Below, in pieces: positions 23,801-35,800 of a stretch of 41,290 bases of DNA. The position numbers and the translations under genes were made by a program. The notes beneath the pieces were generated by a model that was not told the DNA's origin, ran no database searches, and was given only the letters and a program-made list of their open reading frames with translations. Origin of the DNA: Macrostomum lignano. Its lineage: Eukaryota. The DNA is taken from positions 1 through 41,290 of the forward strand of contig NIVC01003048.1 in assembly GCA_002269645.1 (NCBI GenBank), written 5' to 3'. Every line of letters starts with the position of its first letter. Within the stretch, counting starts at the first letter, position 1.

Positions 23801-26800
23801 CTATAATATCTGTCTACCTGCAATATCTGTCTACCTGCAGTATCTACCCACATGCAGTATCTACCTACCTACCTGCAGCATCTATCTAACTACTCAGTAT
23901 ATATCTACCTACCACTTTTGAAGTGCAAAACTTCCTATAGATAGCGCATATATCTATCCAGTATCTATCTACCTGCAGCATCCATCTACCTAGTATCGCA
24001 CACCCAAGCGCCCATCTACCCCGTGCAGTGCTCAGCCAAGCTGGACTCACCCAAAATGGCCACCACCTCGTCATCCTGGATGACCTCAAGCGAGCCGCTA
24101 ACAACAAAGCAGAGCTGGTCGAGGCTCTCGCCCTGGTGAAATATCAGGTCCCCGGGCGCCGTGTGCACTGTTGAAAAATTGATGGCGAGCGAGCGGAGGC
24201 AGCCGTCAGAGGCCAATCGAAATGCCGGATGCTCGTTAAACACCTTGCGATTCAGGTGGACACTCAGGTCGGCCTTCATGTCCTTGGGACAGTAGTTCAG
24301 CACCTGGGTTTATTGTTTGAAGTGGCGGGAATTGAGAATCGATTGGTTGCTGGGGCCGCGGCGGGGCTGTTGCGATTGAAAACAAGAATATTGCATAGCT
24401 GATGAGCAGCGCGGGGAAATCAATGCCCCCCACCTTAGTTGTGTCGATGCCTTTGGTGACGGCCCAGGACGAGGTCACGTAGTCCATGACGCGCTCGCCG
24501 AGCTCTCTGGGCACGTCGTGTATTTTGATGAACTCTTTGATGCTGTTCATCATCTCGTGATAGCGGGCCCTGCTGGCGTACATCTGCTGGAAGATGGTGG
24601 TCACGTTGCCGAAGATCGTGGCGTACACCAGCGCTGCGATGGGAGAGGAGGGACCGCCATCGGCTTATTTGGAAATAATTTCATTTACATGACTTTATTG
24701 ACTGAGACTGCACGTACAACCTCTCACAGTGACGAAAGCATCGTGGCCTTCCAAACCACAGTGACCGATGCCCAAACCACAGTGACCGATGCCCAAACCA
24801 CAGTGACCGATGCCCAAACCACAGTGACCGATGCCCAAACTACGGTGACCGATGCCCAAACCACAGTGACCGATGCCCAAACCACAGTGACCGATGCCCA
24901 AACCACAATGACCGATGCCCAAACCACAGTGACCGATGCCCAAACCACAGTGACCGATGCCCAAACATGGATGAATGAATAGAATGGATTGCTATTCTGG
25001 CTCTGGCTATTTTCGTTTTTGACTCTTTTGCATCCGGTTCCCCCCCTTGCCTTTTCATTGGTTGATGATTGCCATAGACAATTTTCGGCCTTCGCCCCTT
25101 TCTTTCGATGCACAAGCGCAAAGAACTGATTTTATTGTAGACGAATCGACTCTCGAATCGTGCTTGTAGGTCTTCCCCCTTTATTTCAAAACACGAGCGA
25201 AAGCGCTTGTGCATCGAAAGAAAGGGGCGAAGGCCGAAAATTGTCTATGGCAATCATCAACCAATGAAAAGGCACGGGGGGGAACCGGATGCAAAAGAGT
25301 CAAAAACGAAAATAGCCAGAGCCAGAATAGCAATCCATTCTATTCATTCATCCATGTGCCCAAACTGTTAGCACTGTGATGAACTTTTATTTATTAGAGA
25401 ATGCACTTTGCTTAGTAGCCGTCAACGGCTGAGAATCCTATTGATGTCTATGGACATTTGTACAGTTTAATTCGGTGGCTTAAAGAGTTGCCAAAATATA
25501 ATTGAAAAGACCAAGCGTCTGCAGAGTTAAGCTAAAGGCTGAGACTCGATCAATTTTCTTACTCGTCCCAAAAAAAAACGAACACTGGCGACGACGGCTG
25601 GTCTTATCGAGCCTCTGGAGACAGAAGCCCCAGCGGAAATTGAGCGCTGGTTCCAACGCTTCGAAGCAGTTTCCAAGCTGAACAAGTGGGATGACACCGC
25701 TCAGAAGTTCGCCCTCATCGCACACCTCGGCAAGAAGGCCTTCGCACTGTTGGCGGATGCGCTATTGCCAGATAAGCCTGACGCCAAGACCTACGCTGAT
25801 CTGAAAACTCAGCTGATCAAGGAGACGAAAGCGGCGAAATCCGAGATTGCATACCGGTACGCGTTCCATCACCTCAAGCAGGACGACGGCGAAGACGTTT
25901 CTGCCTACGCAAGAAGGCTGCGACTGGGTTCGGAGAACTGCGGCTTTTCAACCGCCGAACTGAATGACCGCCTGCGGGATCAATTTATCTTCGGATTGTC
26001 GAACAAGGAGATCGTCAGAAAGTTGCTCACGGAGAAACTGAAAGATCTGACGTGGGAAAAAGTAACTACGGTGGCCAATGCATGCGAGGCCGTAAGTCGC
26101 GGCGAGAGACAAATCTCAGGAGGCGAAATTCTACATGTCAAGTCAGATCCTCCTTCGACATCGAAAGCCCAGAAGCCAGCGTACCAGAAAAGCGACCAGA
26201 AGAACGGCCAATTGCGCCAAGTCAAGTGCTTCTGCTGCGGCAAGGAAGGACATACAAAGGACCAGTGCCACCACCGGACTAAGACATGCCTTCAGTGTGG
26301 TAAGGTTGGCCATCTCAAAGCAGTTTGCAGGTGCGGACCGAACAAAGGTGAACAACGGCCTTCAACGAGCAACAAATGGTCACAAGGAGGCGGACGGCAT
26401 CCAAGGAGCAGAGTCAGAGCAATCGACGATGCAGCTGATCAAGTCGGGCACATTACATTTTCTCGACGATGACGCCGGAAGATGGTCGTGGAAGCAGAAG
26501 GATAACGCGACATGTAGTAGTCAATGGTACGAAAATCAAGATGCTACTGGACACCGGGTCGTGCTCAACGTTCGTGTCAAGCTCGGTGTTTCAAAGCCTA
26601 CTTGAACCAGCAAATGTAAGGCCCACAAGCAGACGATTCGCTGCGTATCAAGGGGATCCAGTGCTAGTGAAAGGCGAAGCTATTGTGAACGCCAAGCTAA
26701 ACTCAGTAAGTTCCGACCTAACTCTGTTTGTGGTGGACAACCCAAAAGCCGAATCTATCTATGGCCTAGATTGGATTGCTGCCCTTGAGCCAGACCTCTA

Positions 26801-29800
26801 CACTTTTATTACAAAATGTACGGTGCCTGAGGAAGACGGCTCGAATCCTACAACGGCGTGCTCTGTAAAAAGATTTTCTGTATCATTGGCCATTGAGGCG
26901 GGAGCAAAGCCCATCTTTTTTAAACCTCGGCAAATTCCATACGGGATTCAGGACGATGTCAAGGCCGAGTTGAAGAGAATGGAAGAGGCTGGACAGCTCC
27001 AGAAGGTGGAATCCAGCGAGTGGGCTACACCCATTGTCTGTGTTCGAAAGCAGTCTGGAAAGGTTCGGATTTGTGGTGACTACAAGGTTACCCTCAACCC
27101 ACTGCTGAAAGACATGGTGTCAACAACGCCCACAATTGACGAAGTTCTGTCAAAACTAGGCCGTGCCCGCCGATTCTCTACGTTGGACCTATCAAATGCG
27201 TACCTCCAAGTACCGGTGGATGAAGACAGCAGCGTGATGCTGACGTGGAGCACTCCGTTCGGCTTATACAGGCCCACTGTATTGGCATATGGAGTAAAGC
27301 AAGTACCAGCAATTTTTCAGTCATTCATGGACAGGTTGCTTCTAAACATAGAAGGTGTCATTTCCTACCAAGATGACATTCTTGTGTGGGGTTTCAACCA
27401 ACAGAGTCATGACAACAGACTGTCCAATGTGCTTCGAATTTTATAGGAGAGTGGACTGAGCATTAACGAGGAGAAATGAACTTTTAACAAGCCATCTATC
27501 ATGTTCCTGGGATATGAGATCAGTGAAAACGGCATTCGTCCACCACCAAAGAAAGCCAAGGAGATTGCAGGATTAGAAGAGCCAAAGAATCTCAAGCAGC
27601 TGCAGTCATTTATCGGGATGGTCGATTTCTACGGACGGTGTATCAAGAATCTCGCGAGCCTGAAAGAACCTCTAACGAAACTGACCAGGTCAGGAACGAA
27701 GTGGGCATGGGGCCCAATCGAGCAGAGAGCCTTTCAGAGCATCAAGGACGAACTACACAATGCAGTCGCTCTCAAGCCTTTTGATCCATCAGATAAGATT
27801 GTTCTCACTACTGACGCGTCACCATCGGGACTTGGTGCAGTCCTCGAGCAGTCGTCCGGGCCCGTAATATTCATTTCAAAGACTCTAACTCAAGCAGAGC
27901 GCAACTATGCTCAAATTGAACGCGAGGCCCTCGCCATTGTATGGGCTGTGAAGCGCTTACACAAGTATTTGCTGGGACACAAGTTCGTCATTCGCACAGA
28001 CCACCAACCGTTAAAGTTCATCTTTGATCCTGGCAGATCCTTGTCAACTGTTGCTGCAGCGAGAGTGCAACGCTGGGCAATCACTTTGATGAGCTACGAA
28101 TACGCCATTGAGTGCAAGAGATCTGCTGAGATTCCCGTGGCCGATGCCCTGTCAAGACTGCAGAACAGCACGTCTGAAGGGGAGCAGTTTGACATTAGCT
28201 CAGTGCAGGACTGCCTACTAGATTTTCCAATCAACCAGGAGCGTTTGAGAAGACAATCGAAAGAGGATTCAGAGCTCCGGAAGTTATTCGCTCCAGTCAA
28301 GTTTGGCTGGAATGCAGAAGGACTTCGAGAACTACAACAGTTTAGCCGATTCAGGGACGAGTTAGTCATTGAGAATGGGTTGCTGTACAGAGGTATTCGG
28401 CTGGTTGTACCAAAGCAGGAGCGTTCTGCAACTTTGCGATTGCTGCACGAAGGACACATCGGACCAGAAAAGATGAAATCCATAGCTAGACAATGCGTCT
28501 GGAGGCCTGAAGTAGATCGAGACATCGAAAAGTATGCGAAAGGATGTAGTTCGTGCCAGGAAAACAAGGATCATGGGGCCACCCGACAATGGACTTCGTG
28601 GCCGGATGAGACCGAATGCTGGTCAAGAGTTCACATGGACTACGCAGGGCCTATGAAGGGAGGAAACTACATGTTGGTACTGATTGATGCGTTTAGTAAA
28701 TGGGCTGAAGTTCACGTGACTAAGGGAACCACTTCATCTGAGACAATCAAGCGACTGCGAAGAACGTTCGCCCAAGAAGGCGTGCCCGTGACTATTGTTT
28801 CCGACAATGGACCTCAATTTGTATCGAAAGAAATGCAAGGTTGGTTAAAAGGAATCAACTGCCGACATGTTCTCACACCACCGTATCATCCAAGGTCAAA
28901 TGGTCTGGCCGAGCGCTTTGTGAGAGATTTAAAAAATCACGTCCGAGCCGCTGAAGAAGACGACCTTCAGAGTTGCGTCGACCGGTTTCTGCTTCAATAC
29001 CGGAACGCAAAACATTCTACGACCGGAAAATCGCCCTCTGAGCTGATGAGAGGTCACCTACTTCGCACCCCTGCATTTTCTCTGGCACGTGAGCCAGTCT
29101 GGGTGAAAACCTACAACAACGAGATGACAAAGTGGAAGTCTGGCGAAGTGGTGGCAACAGAGGGAAAGGTTGTGGTCGACGTTGAGCTGGAGGACGGAAG
29201 GCGTGGACGCTACCATCGTGAACAGACAAAGCCAAGGAGTTCCGGTTCCGATGACCTGGTGGAGATGGAGACTGAAGAACATGTGCACACGGATCAAGAG
29301 TCTGGTCTTCGGAGAAGTAATCGCCATCGGCAAGTACCAAGGCGACTTGAGTACCGCAAGCTTGGTGTACCTACCTAGCTGTTAACTAATGGGAAGGAGT
29401 GTTAGCACTGTGATGAACTTTTATTTATTAGAGAATGCACTTTGCTTAGTAGCCGTCAACGGCTGAGAATCCTATTGATGTCTATGGACATTTGTACAGT
29501 TCAATTCGGTGGCTTAAAGAGTTGCCAAAATATAATTGAAAAGACCAAGCGTCTGCAGAGTTAAGCTAAAGGCTGAGACTCGATCAATTTTCTTACTCGT
29601 CCCAAAAAAAAACGAACACAAACCACAGTGACCGATGCCCAAACCACGGTGACCGATGCCCAAACCACAGTGACCGATGCCCAAACCACAGTGACCGATG
29701 CCCAAACCACAGTGACCGATGCCCAAACCACAGTGACCGATGCCCAAACCACAGTGACCGATGCCCAAACCACAGTGACCGATGCCCAAACCACAGTGAC

Positions 29801-32800
29801 CGATGCCCAAACCACAGTGACCGATGCCCAAACCACAGTGACCGATGCCCAAACCACAGTGACCGATGCCCAAACCACAGTGACCGATGCCCAAACCACA
29901 GTGACCGATGCCCAAACCACAGTGACCCATGCCCAAACCACGGTGACCGATGCCCAAACCACAGAGACTGAAGCCCAAACCACAGAGACTGAAGCCCAAA
30001 CCACAGAGACTAATGCCCAAACCACAGAGATTGAAAGCCCAAACCACAGAGACTGAAGCCCAAACCACAGAGACTTAAGCGCAAACCACAGAGACTGAAG
30101 CCCAAACCACAGAGACTAATGCCCAAACCACAGTGCCCGATGCCCAAGCCCAAACCACAAGTCAGAAATACATTCTATAAGCCGCAACCAAAGCATTAGT
30201 TTCCTTAAGATATTTATAATCAGCGACATGTATTGAGCTCATCTAGTATTGAGTGCATCTACGGCTGCACTCTCTTTGACCACTTCTAATGACTTGCCGG
30301 TAAGCACAAGCTCAATTTGCTATTTCTCTCAGCAGTTCTGTTCCTCTCTCCTTCATCTCATCGCGCTAATTCGGAAGTTTTGTCTGACAAAAACTTGCGA
30401 CATAAGTAGCAGATCTAGATTTAACCTGTTGGCTAACTCGGGAAGAAAAGGGTAATGCAGACGCAGCAGCACAACCCGTCCGTCTGACCAGTCGGGGCCC
30501 TCAGCCTCCACAAAGGCAGCGGGAATGTCACTGCCTTGTTCTTAAGTGCCCAAATAACAGGCGGGCACACAGTTTAACAGCTGCGCGCTGCCCGAGAGCG
30601 GCGCTAATGACAGCCTGCTCAGCCTGTGCTCAGACGGTCATGATGTCGCTTGGGTCCTGAGTACTTGCCGGCCATAGCCGGTGGCTGAGAGAGTCATGAT
30701 GAGGAAGGCGTCACCTGCTCCACGTCCGCTGTCTCCGGGGCGGGGCAGATTTCCACTTCTGTTTTTCCCTCCTCTCTCTCGCAATGTCAATTAGCAAAAT
30801 CCGAGGGAAATCGCGATCAAGGACTGAGATTTTGGGAACTGCTTGGAAAGCGGCGAGCAGGACCGCCTGATGAATGATTAATGCAGTTAGCGGGTGCCGC
30901 ATCTCCTCTTCACCCAGTCCCTCCAGCGCCCTCTCCCATTCCTCATGCGCTTTAAAATCCCCTGACAAATCAGTGAGACTGAAATAGGGATTCTTCAAGC
31001 CCCATCAAACCATGAGCACCGAGCCCCTATAGCTACAGGTCGCTCACCGCCAAGCAGCATGAAAACGACCACTACGGCTTTCTCGCCCTCGGTGTAGGGC
31101 GCTATGTTGCCGAAGCCCACGCTGGTAAGCAGAGACAGAGTGAAGTACAGCGATGTGAGATAGGCCATTGACTTGTCCGGCAGAAGCGACTGGTAGGTGT
31201 TCTTGGTCCAATTCTTGGGTTCCAGCGAGTCATTGGCCAACCGGGGAATCCAGCCGTACCAGATCTCAAGGTCCAGGTCGCGCAGCCCTATGGTGTACCA
31301 GACGCAGGCCATCCAGTGGGCCAGCAGCACGAAGCCGAATATCATTAGGATGAGCAGGGCGGCTCCGTACTCCAGGTACTGGTCAACCTTGCGGGCTACG
31401 CGACCGATGCGCAGCAGTCGCACCACCTTAAGCGCGCTGAATAGGCTGCTGATGCCTCCCTGGTGGATGGTGATGGTCTCGTATGTTGAGAGATAAATAA
31501 AATGGTTTAATACGATATCAAGACAGCCCTTGTCTTTAATTTGAGTTTCTGCTGTGGTCTATGGCTACTGGGTTAATTGATTTTTCTTTGACATCTTTTC
31601 GGATATCTGCTACTGAGATGACGTCTATATTAGCTGCACTTTGACGTTTATTAGGAAATCTAATGGCATCTGCTTGATGCCTTTTGACGTCTATTCAGGC
31701 AGTTTATTAAATGTTCATTAGAGCGTTCATTGACGTCTATTAGAGTGTTAGAGTATTAGGGTGTTCATTGACGTCTACTAGAGTGTTAGAGTATTAGAGT
31801 GTTCATTGACTCTACTAGAGTGTTGATTGGCGTCGACTAAAGTGTTCATTGACGTCTACTAGAGCGTTAGAGTATTAGGGTGTTCATTGACGTCTACTAG
31901 AGTGTTAGAGTATTAGAGTGTTCATTGACTCTACTAGAGTGTTGATTGGCGTCGACTAAAGTGTTCATTGACGTCTACTAGAGCGTTAGAGTATTAGGGT
32001 GTTCATTGACGTCTACTAGAGTGTTAGAGTATTAGGGTGTTCATTGACGTCTACTAGAGTGTTAGAGTATTAGGGTGTTCGTTGACGTCTACTAGAGTGT
32101 TAGAGTATTAGGGTGTTCATTGACGTCTACTAGAGTGTTAGAGTATTAGGGTGTTCATTGACGTCTACTAGAGTGTTAGAGTATTAGGGTGTTCATTGAC
32201 GTCTACTAGAGCGTCGAATGACGCTTATAAGGCGTGTTCTTTGACGCCTGTTGAGGCGTCTACCGACGTTAAAGTCTACTGCTCACTCCCTCCCTTTTTG
32301 GAAATTTTCCTCAGTGAAAAAGGAGTGTTGCATTCTAATTATAATTGTGGCACGGCGCTTCTTTTCAAATACCCTGCCGCGTGTCGTCGAGCCTTCGAGC
32401 TTTTTTGGACCAGCTAGAGACGAGATTGAGCAGGCACACCCAGTCTCGAGTGGAATCTTGAGTCGGAAGATGTTTACTGAGCTCGATCGGTACTCGCAAA
32501 TCAGTATTCTTTTGGGAATTTTGCCCTTGCCTACTAATTGCATGGAGAGTGGAGAGCCACGGAGGACATGGGATTATTGATGCATAAACGCGAGCTTTGT
32601 TGAAAATAGGGGTTTCATGTGGACGCGATTGTTTGGGCAAAAGCAGGTAAAAAGCGATAATTTTAGGTAGCGCGCAGAGGTTCGGAAATCTATCTAGCAC
32701 AACAAAAATCAAATATGAAAAAGTTAACAATTCCGTTGAGCGAACAATGGCGTTCCGCCGGGAAGGCATGCTAAAGCCTTGCTCAAGCGTAGGAATTGGC

Positions 32801-35800
32801 AGATACAGAGTTCAGGTTTTGCCAGCGATTATTCAGTTATGCGGGTACTAATTCCTCATTTTTGCTTTCAAAATTTGGTTTTGGTTTTTATGAGTAATTC
32901 TTTGAGTCACTCGTATTTCTAGTCATTTCGACCGTTACTCACATCTGTTGACTCCGGTTGAAAGGCATTGAACACGTCATAGGGCAGACACGAGAGCAGA
33001 TCAATGACGAACCAGCCTTTCAGGTAATTGACACGAATAATCGACGGGTCGGAGATCACTTCGCCGTTCGGCCCGACAAACGTGGTGTGAAAGTTCAGCA
33101 CAATGTCGATGAAGAAGATCACATCGACGATGCTGTCCGTGACAATGAAGGAGACGTCGTCCATCGTCTTGAACTTGAAAGCTACGTTGAACGGGACCAT
33201 GACCGCCGTGTAGCCCGTGAGGATGAGGATTATCCAGTCCCAGATGGTCTTGAAGGCCGAGTAGTGCAGGATGATGTGCGGCGGCGTCTTTGGTGCCTCC
33301 TGCTTGTACTGCGGCAGGACGTCTGCGTGCAGCGACAGAGCCTGCAGACGGTGCAAGTTGAGGTCTAAGTATGAGAGACTGGCCAGAGAGCTGCAAAGAG
33401 CTGGAGTTCTCAACAACTGGAAATTGACTTTGGTCACTCAAAACACAGATGTTTGTGTTTGAAGGTGGAAAGCCATGGACGGGAAAACATGCTCGGTCGT
33501 GTTTCAATTTTTGCAACAAGAAAAGTTCGAACTAAGACGGAGGAGGTCCTGTTTCCCATTATCCAATTCCACCACTGAGTACCCCAATCGGCTTTGCCAG
33601 TCGAATCCCAATTTCAACTGGGAGATTCACTTCATTACGAGACTATGCTACATGGATTTCCCGTTATCATTTCGCTTTGCCGCCAAATCTCTTTGTAATA
33701 TTTTGTCCCGGCAGTGAATTCCGCTCTTCCTAGGGCGCAATAAGGGGCGAGCCTTCCGTGAGCGGCACCCGCTGCTCACTACTCGCTTCCTCTTTGTAAA
33801 TCGATCCCTAGAGAGCCGGACTCGGTTCGACTTCTGCTTTTTCCCGTCCCCCCCCTCAGTTCGCCCACGAAGGATTCGTCCGTCTTGCTCAGCGGTAATT
33901 CAACTCGACATTCATCGGTCTGAGCTGCCGACCGGCTCTGGGGAGGCAGTTCCGAGTTCCGACCGGCTCGCTGACAAATATTGAGACCGACTTGGCAGCT
34001 CTGTGCACGAATTCTGAGTGACAAAGAGCTCGCCCTTGCGGTCCAACCCCTATTGGCTCTCACCTGTCGTGAAATAAATTTATATTGAATTCGGTCGAGC
34101 GCAGCAGCAGCCGATGATGCTCAGACCCGTCACTCAGACTAATTGACTCGCATCCGCGCGCACTTATTGACTCTCGCGCGACTGTTTAAGAGACTGGAAA
34201 AAAATTTACTGTCAAGGGATTAGCCCCGCAGCTAAGGGAAGTCAGTCTGCTGCATAGTAAGCATCTCACAAGAGCTCTGTTGGACAGAGAGCTGGCTTAG
34301 CAAAGGGAAAGATCTGAACTTAGACGCTGCATTGCATCGAGGGCTTCGCTTCCCATTAGTCGAATTTTTTTCAAGCGAATCTCACAGGGATTAGGCAAGA
34401 ACCACTTGAAGTTTTGCTAGGGCAGGACGGTGCACTCGCGATTCCTGCAATTTTTGTACGCCCGGTGTCGCCTCAAAACGCATTAGCAAGGTATGTAAAT
34501 GTACTGCTCAGACTTTTGTGCCCCCAATCAGTGTTTTTGGCTGCAATCCAGGTGCTATCCAGTTTATAATCGTGTCTGCAATGTCTGACGAAGCTAGGAA
34601 TAAATCTTTGCACAGACTGAACACTCGCTGCTGATGTATCTATGCGGAGAGTAGCTGGAAAATTTCCCATCTAATGCTTCCCGAGGCCTACTAGTATGCC
34701 ACAATGCTGACCTATGTAGAATGCACCGTCCTGATAAAGCAGTCAGTCCATTGTGGATTAGCGAGCAAAAGAAAATGGGAAGGCACATGTCTGGCTAATG
34801 CGCTAATCCTCCGGCCATGCGGTGAGCGCTGGGCGCAGAGCTGACTTTCGCTCTACGAACCCTGGTTCGATTCCGTGCGCGGCTGCAGTTTCATCCGTGG
34901 CTTGTGCCCGAAAATTGGCCACGGGGCTTGTCTTGCCACTCAAACCCATGGGGTCAACCACCAAGGCACAAATAATGAACATGGCTGACTAATCGTCAGG
35001 AAGTCAGGCTTGTGTGAGCGTGTGTATGAGGGCGTGCTTTCGTACAGCATTGGCGCGCTTGCATGTGTTCAGGAGTCAGTGGAATGGGCTGAATTGCCTC
35101 ACCCCTGGTATGTGGGACGATTTTGTTGATCCAGGTGTTTACAACTCATCTCACTGCAGTTATGATAATGATGATGATTATTATTATGCACTGAGCACCG
35201 CTCACCGAGCCAAGCTGATCCAGCCGAGAGTCATCCATGCGTCCGCCAGGGGGTACGTTAGCCATCGGCACCATGACCGAGCGGTTGCGGGTCACCGACC
35301 GGGCCAGGCGGGCGAACTTGCTGAGTCCGACTGCGGGTACAGCGGGTTTGAGTACCACTGAAGCTGCCTGCAACTTTCTAAGCCATCCTGAGTTCCTTAA
35401 GCAATTCTAGGCCACTGAAGCTATCCTGAACTCCTGAAGCCATCCTGAACCCTTGAAGCCATCCTGAGCCCCTGAAGCCATCCTGAGCCCCTGAAGCCAT
35501 CCTGAACCCCTGAAGCCATCCTGAGCCCCTGAAGCCATCCTGAGCCCCTGAAGCCATCCTGAGCCCCTGAAACCATTCTAAACCCATGAAACTATCCAGA
35601 GCCCCTGAAGCCATCCTGAGCCCCTGAAGCCATCCTGAACCCCTGAAGCCATCCTGAGCCCCTGAAGCCATCCTGAGCCCCTGAAGCCATCCTGAGCCCC
35701 TGAAACCATTCTAAACCCATGAAACTATCCTGAGCCCCTGAAGCTATCCTGAACCCCTGAAGACATCCTGAACCCCTGAAAACATCCTGAACCCCTGAAG

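Larger units (their letters stand above)
25366..29618 (+). mobile_element. Full-length Ty3/Gypsy (Mag-like) LTR retrotransposon, 4253 bp, antisense within eag intron 6
   Basis: LTRs 25366-25584 and 29400-29618 (219 bp, TG...CA, one mismatch); TSD CAAAC at 25361-25365 and 29619-29623; PBS TGGCGACGA at 25586; PPT GGGAAGGAG at 29391-29399; domain order gag-PR-RT-RH-IN. Confidence 0.97.

Noticed and set aside
27444-27479. Stop-codon reassignment or programmed readthrough in pol
   Set aside because: Neighbouring genes use TAG, TGA and TAA as normal stops, and two different stops in mid-RT are each explained by a single substitution.
30711-30998. 95-aa minus-strand ORF after eag exon 6 as an alternative exon
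   Set aside because: No channel-like sequence, and exons 6 and 7 already join in phase with a complete S6.
34810-34890. Functional tRNA gene
   Set aside because: Only the T-loop/B-box is clear; I could not fold an acceptor stem and anticodon arm, and there is no nearby poly-T terminator.
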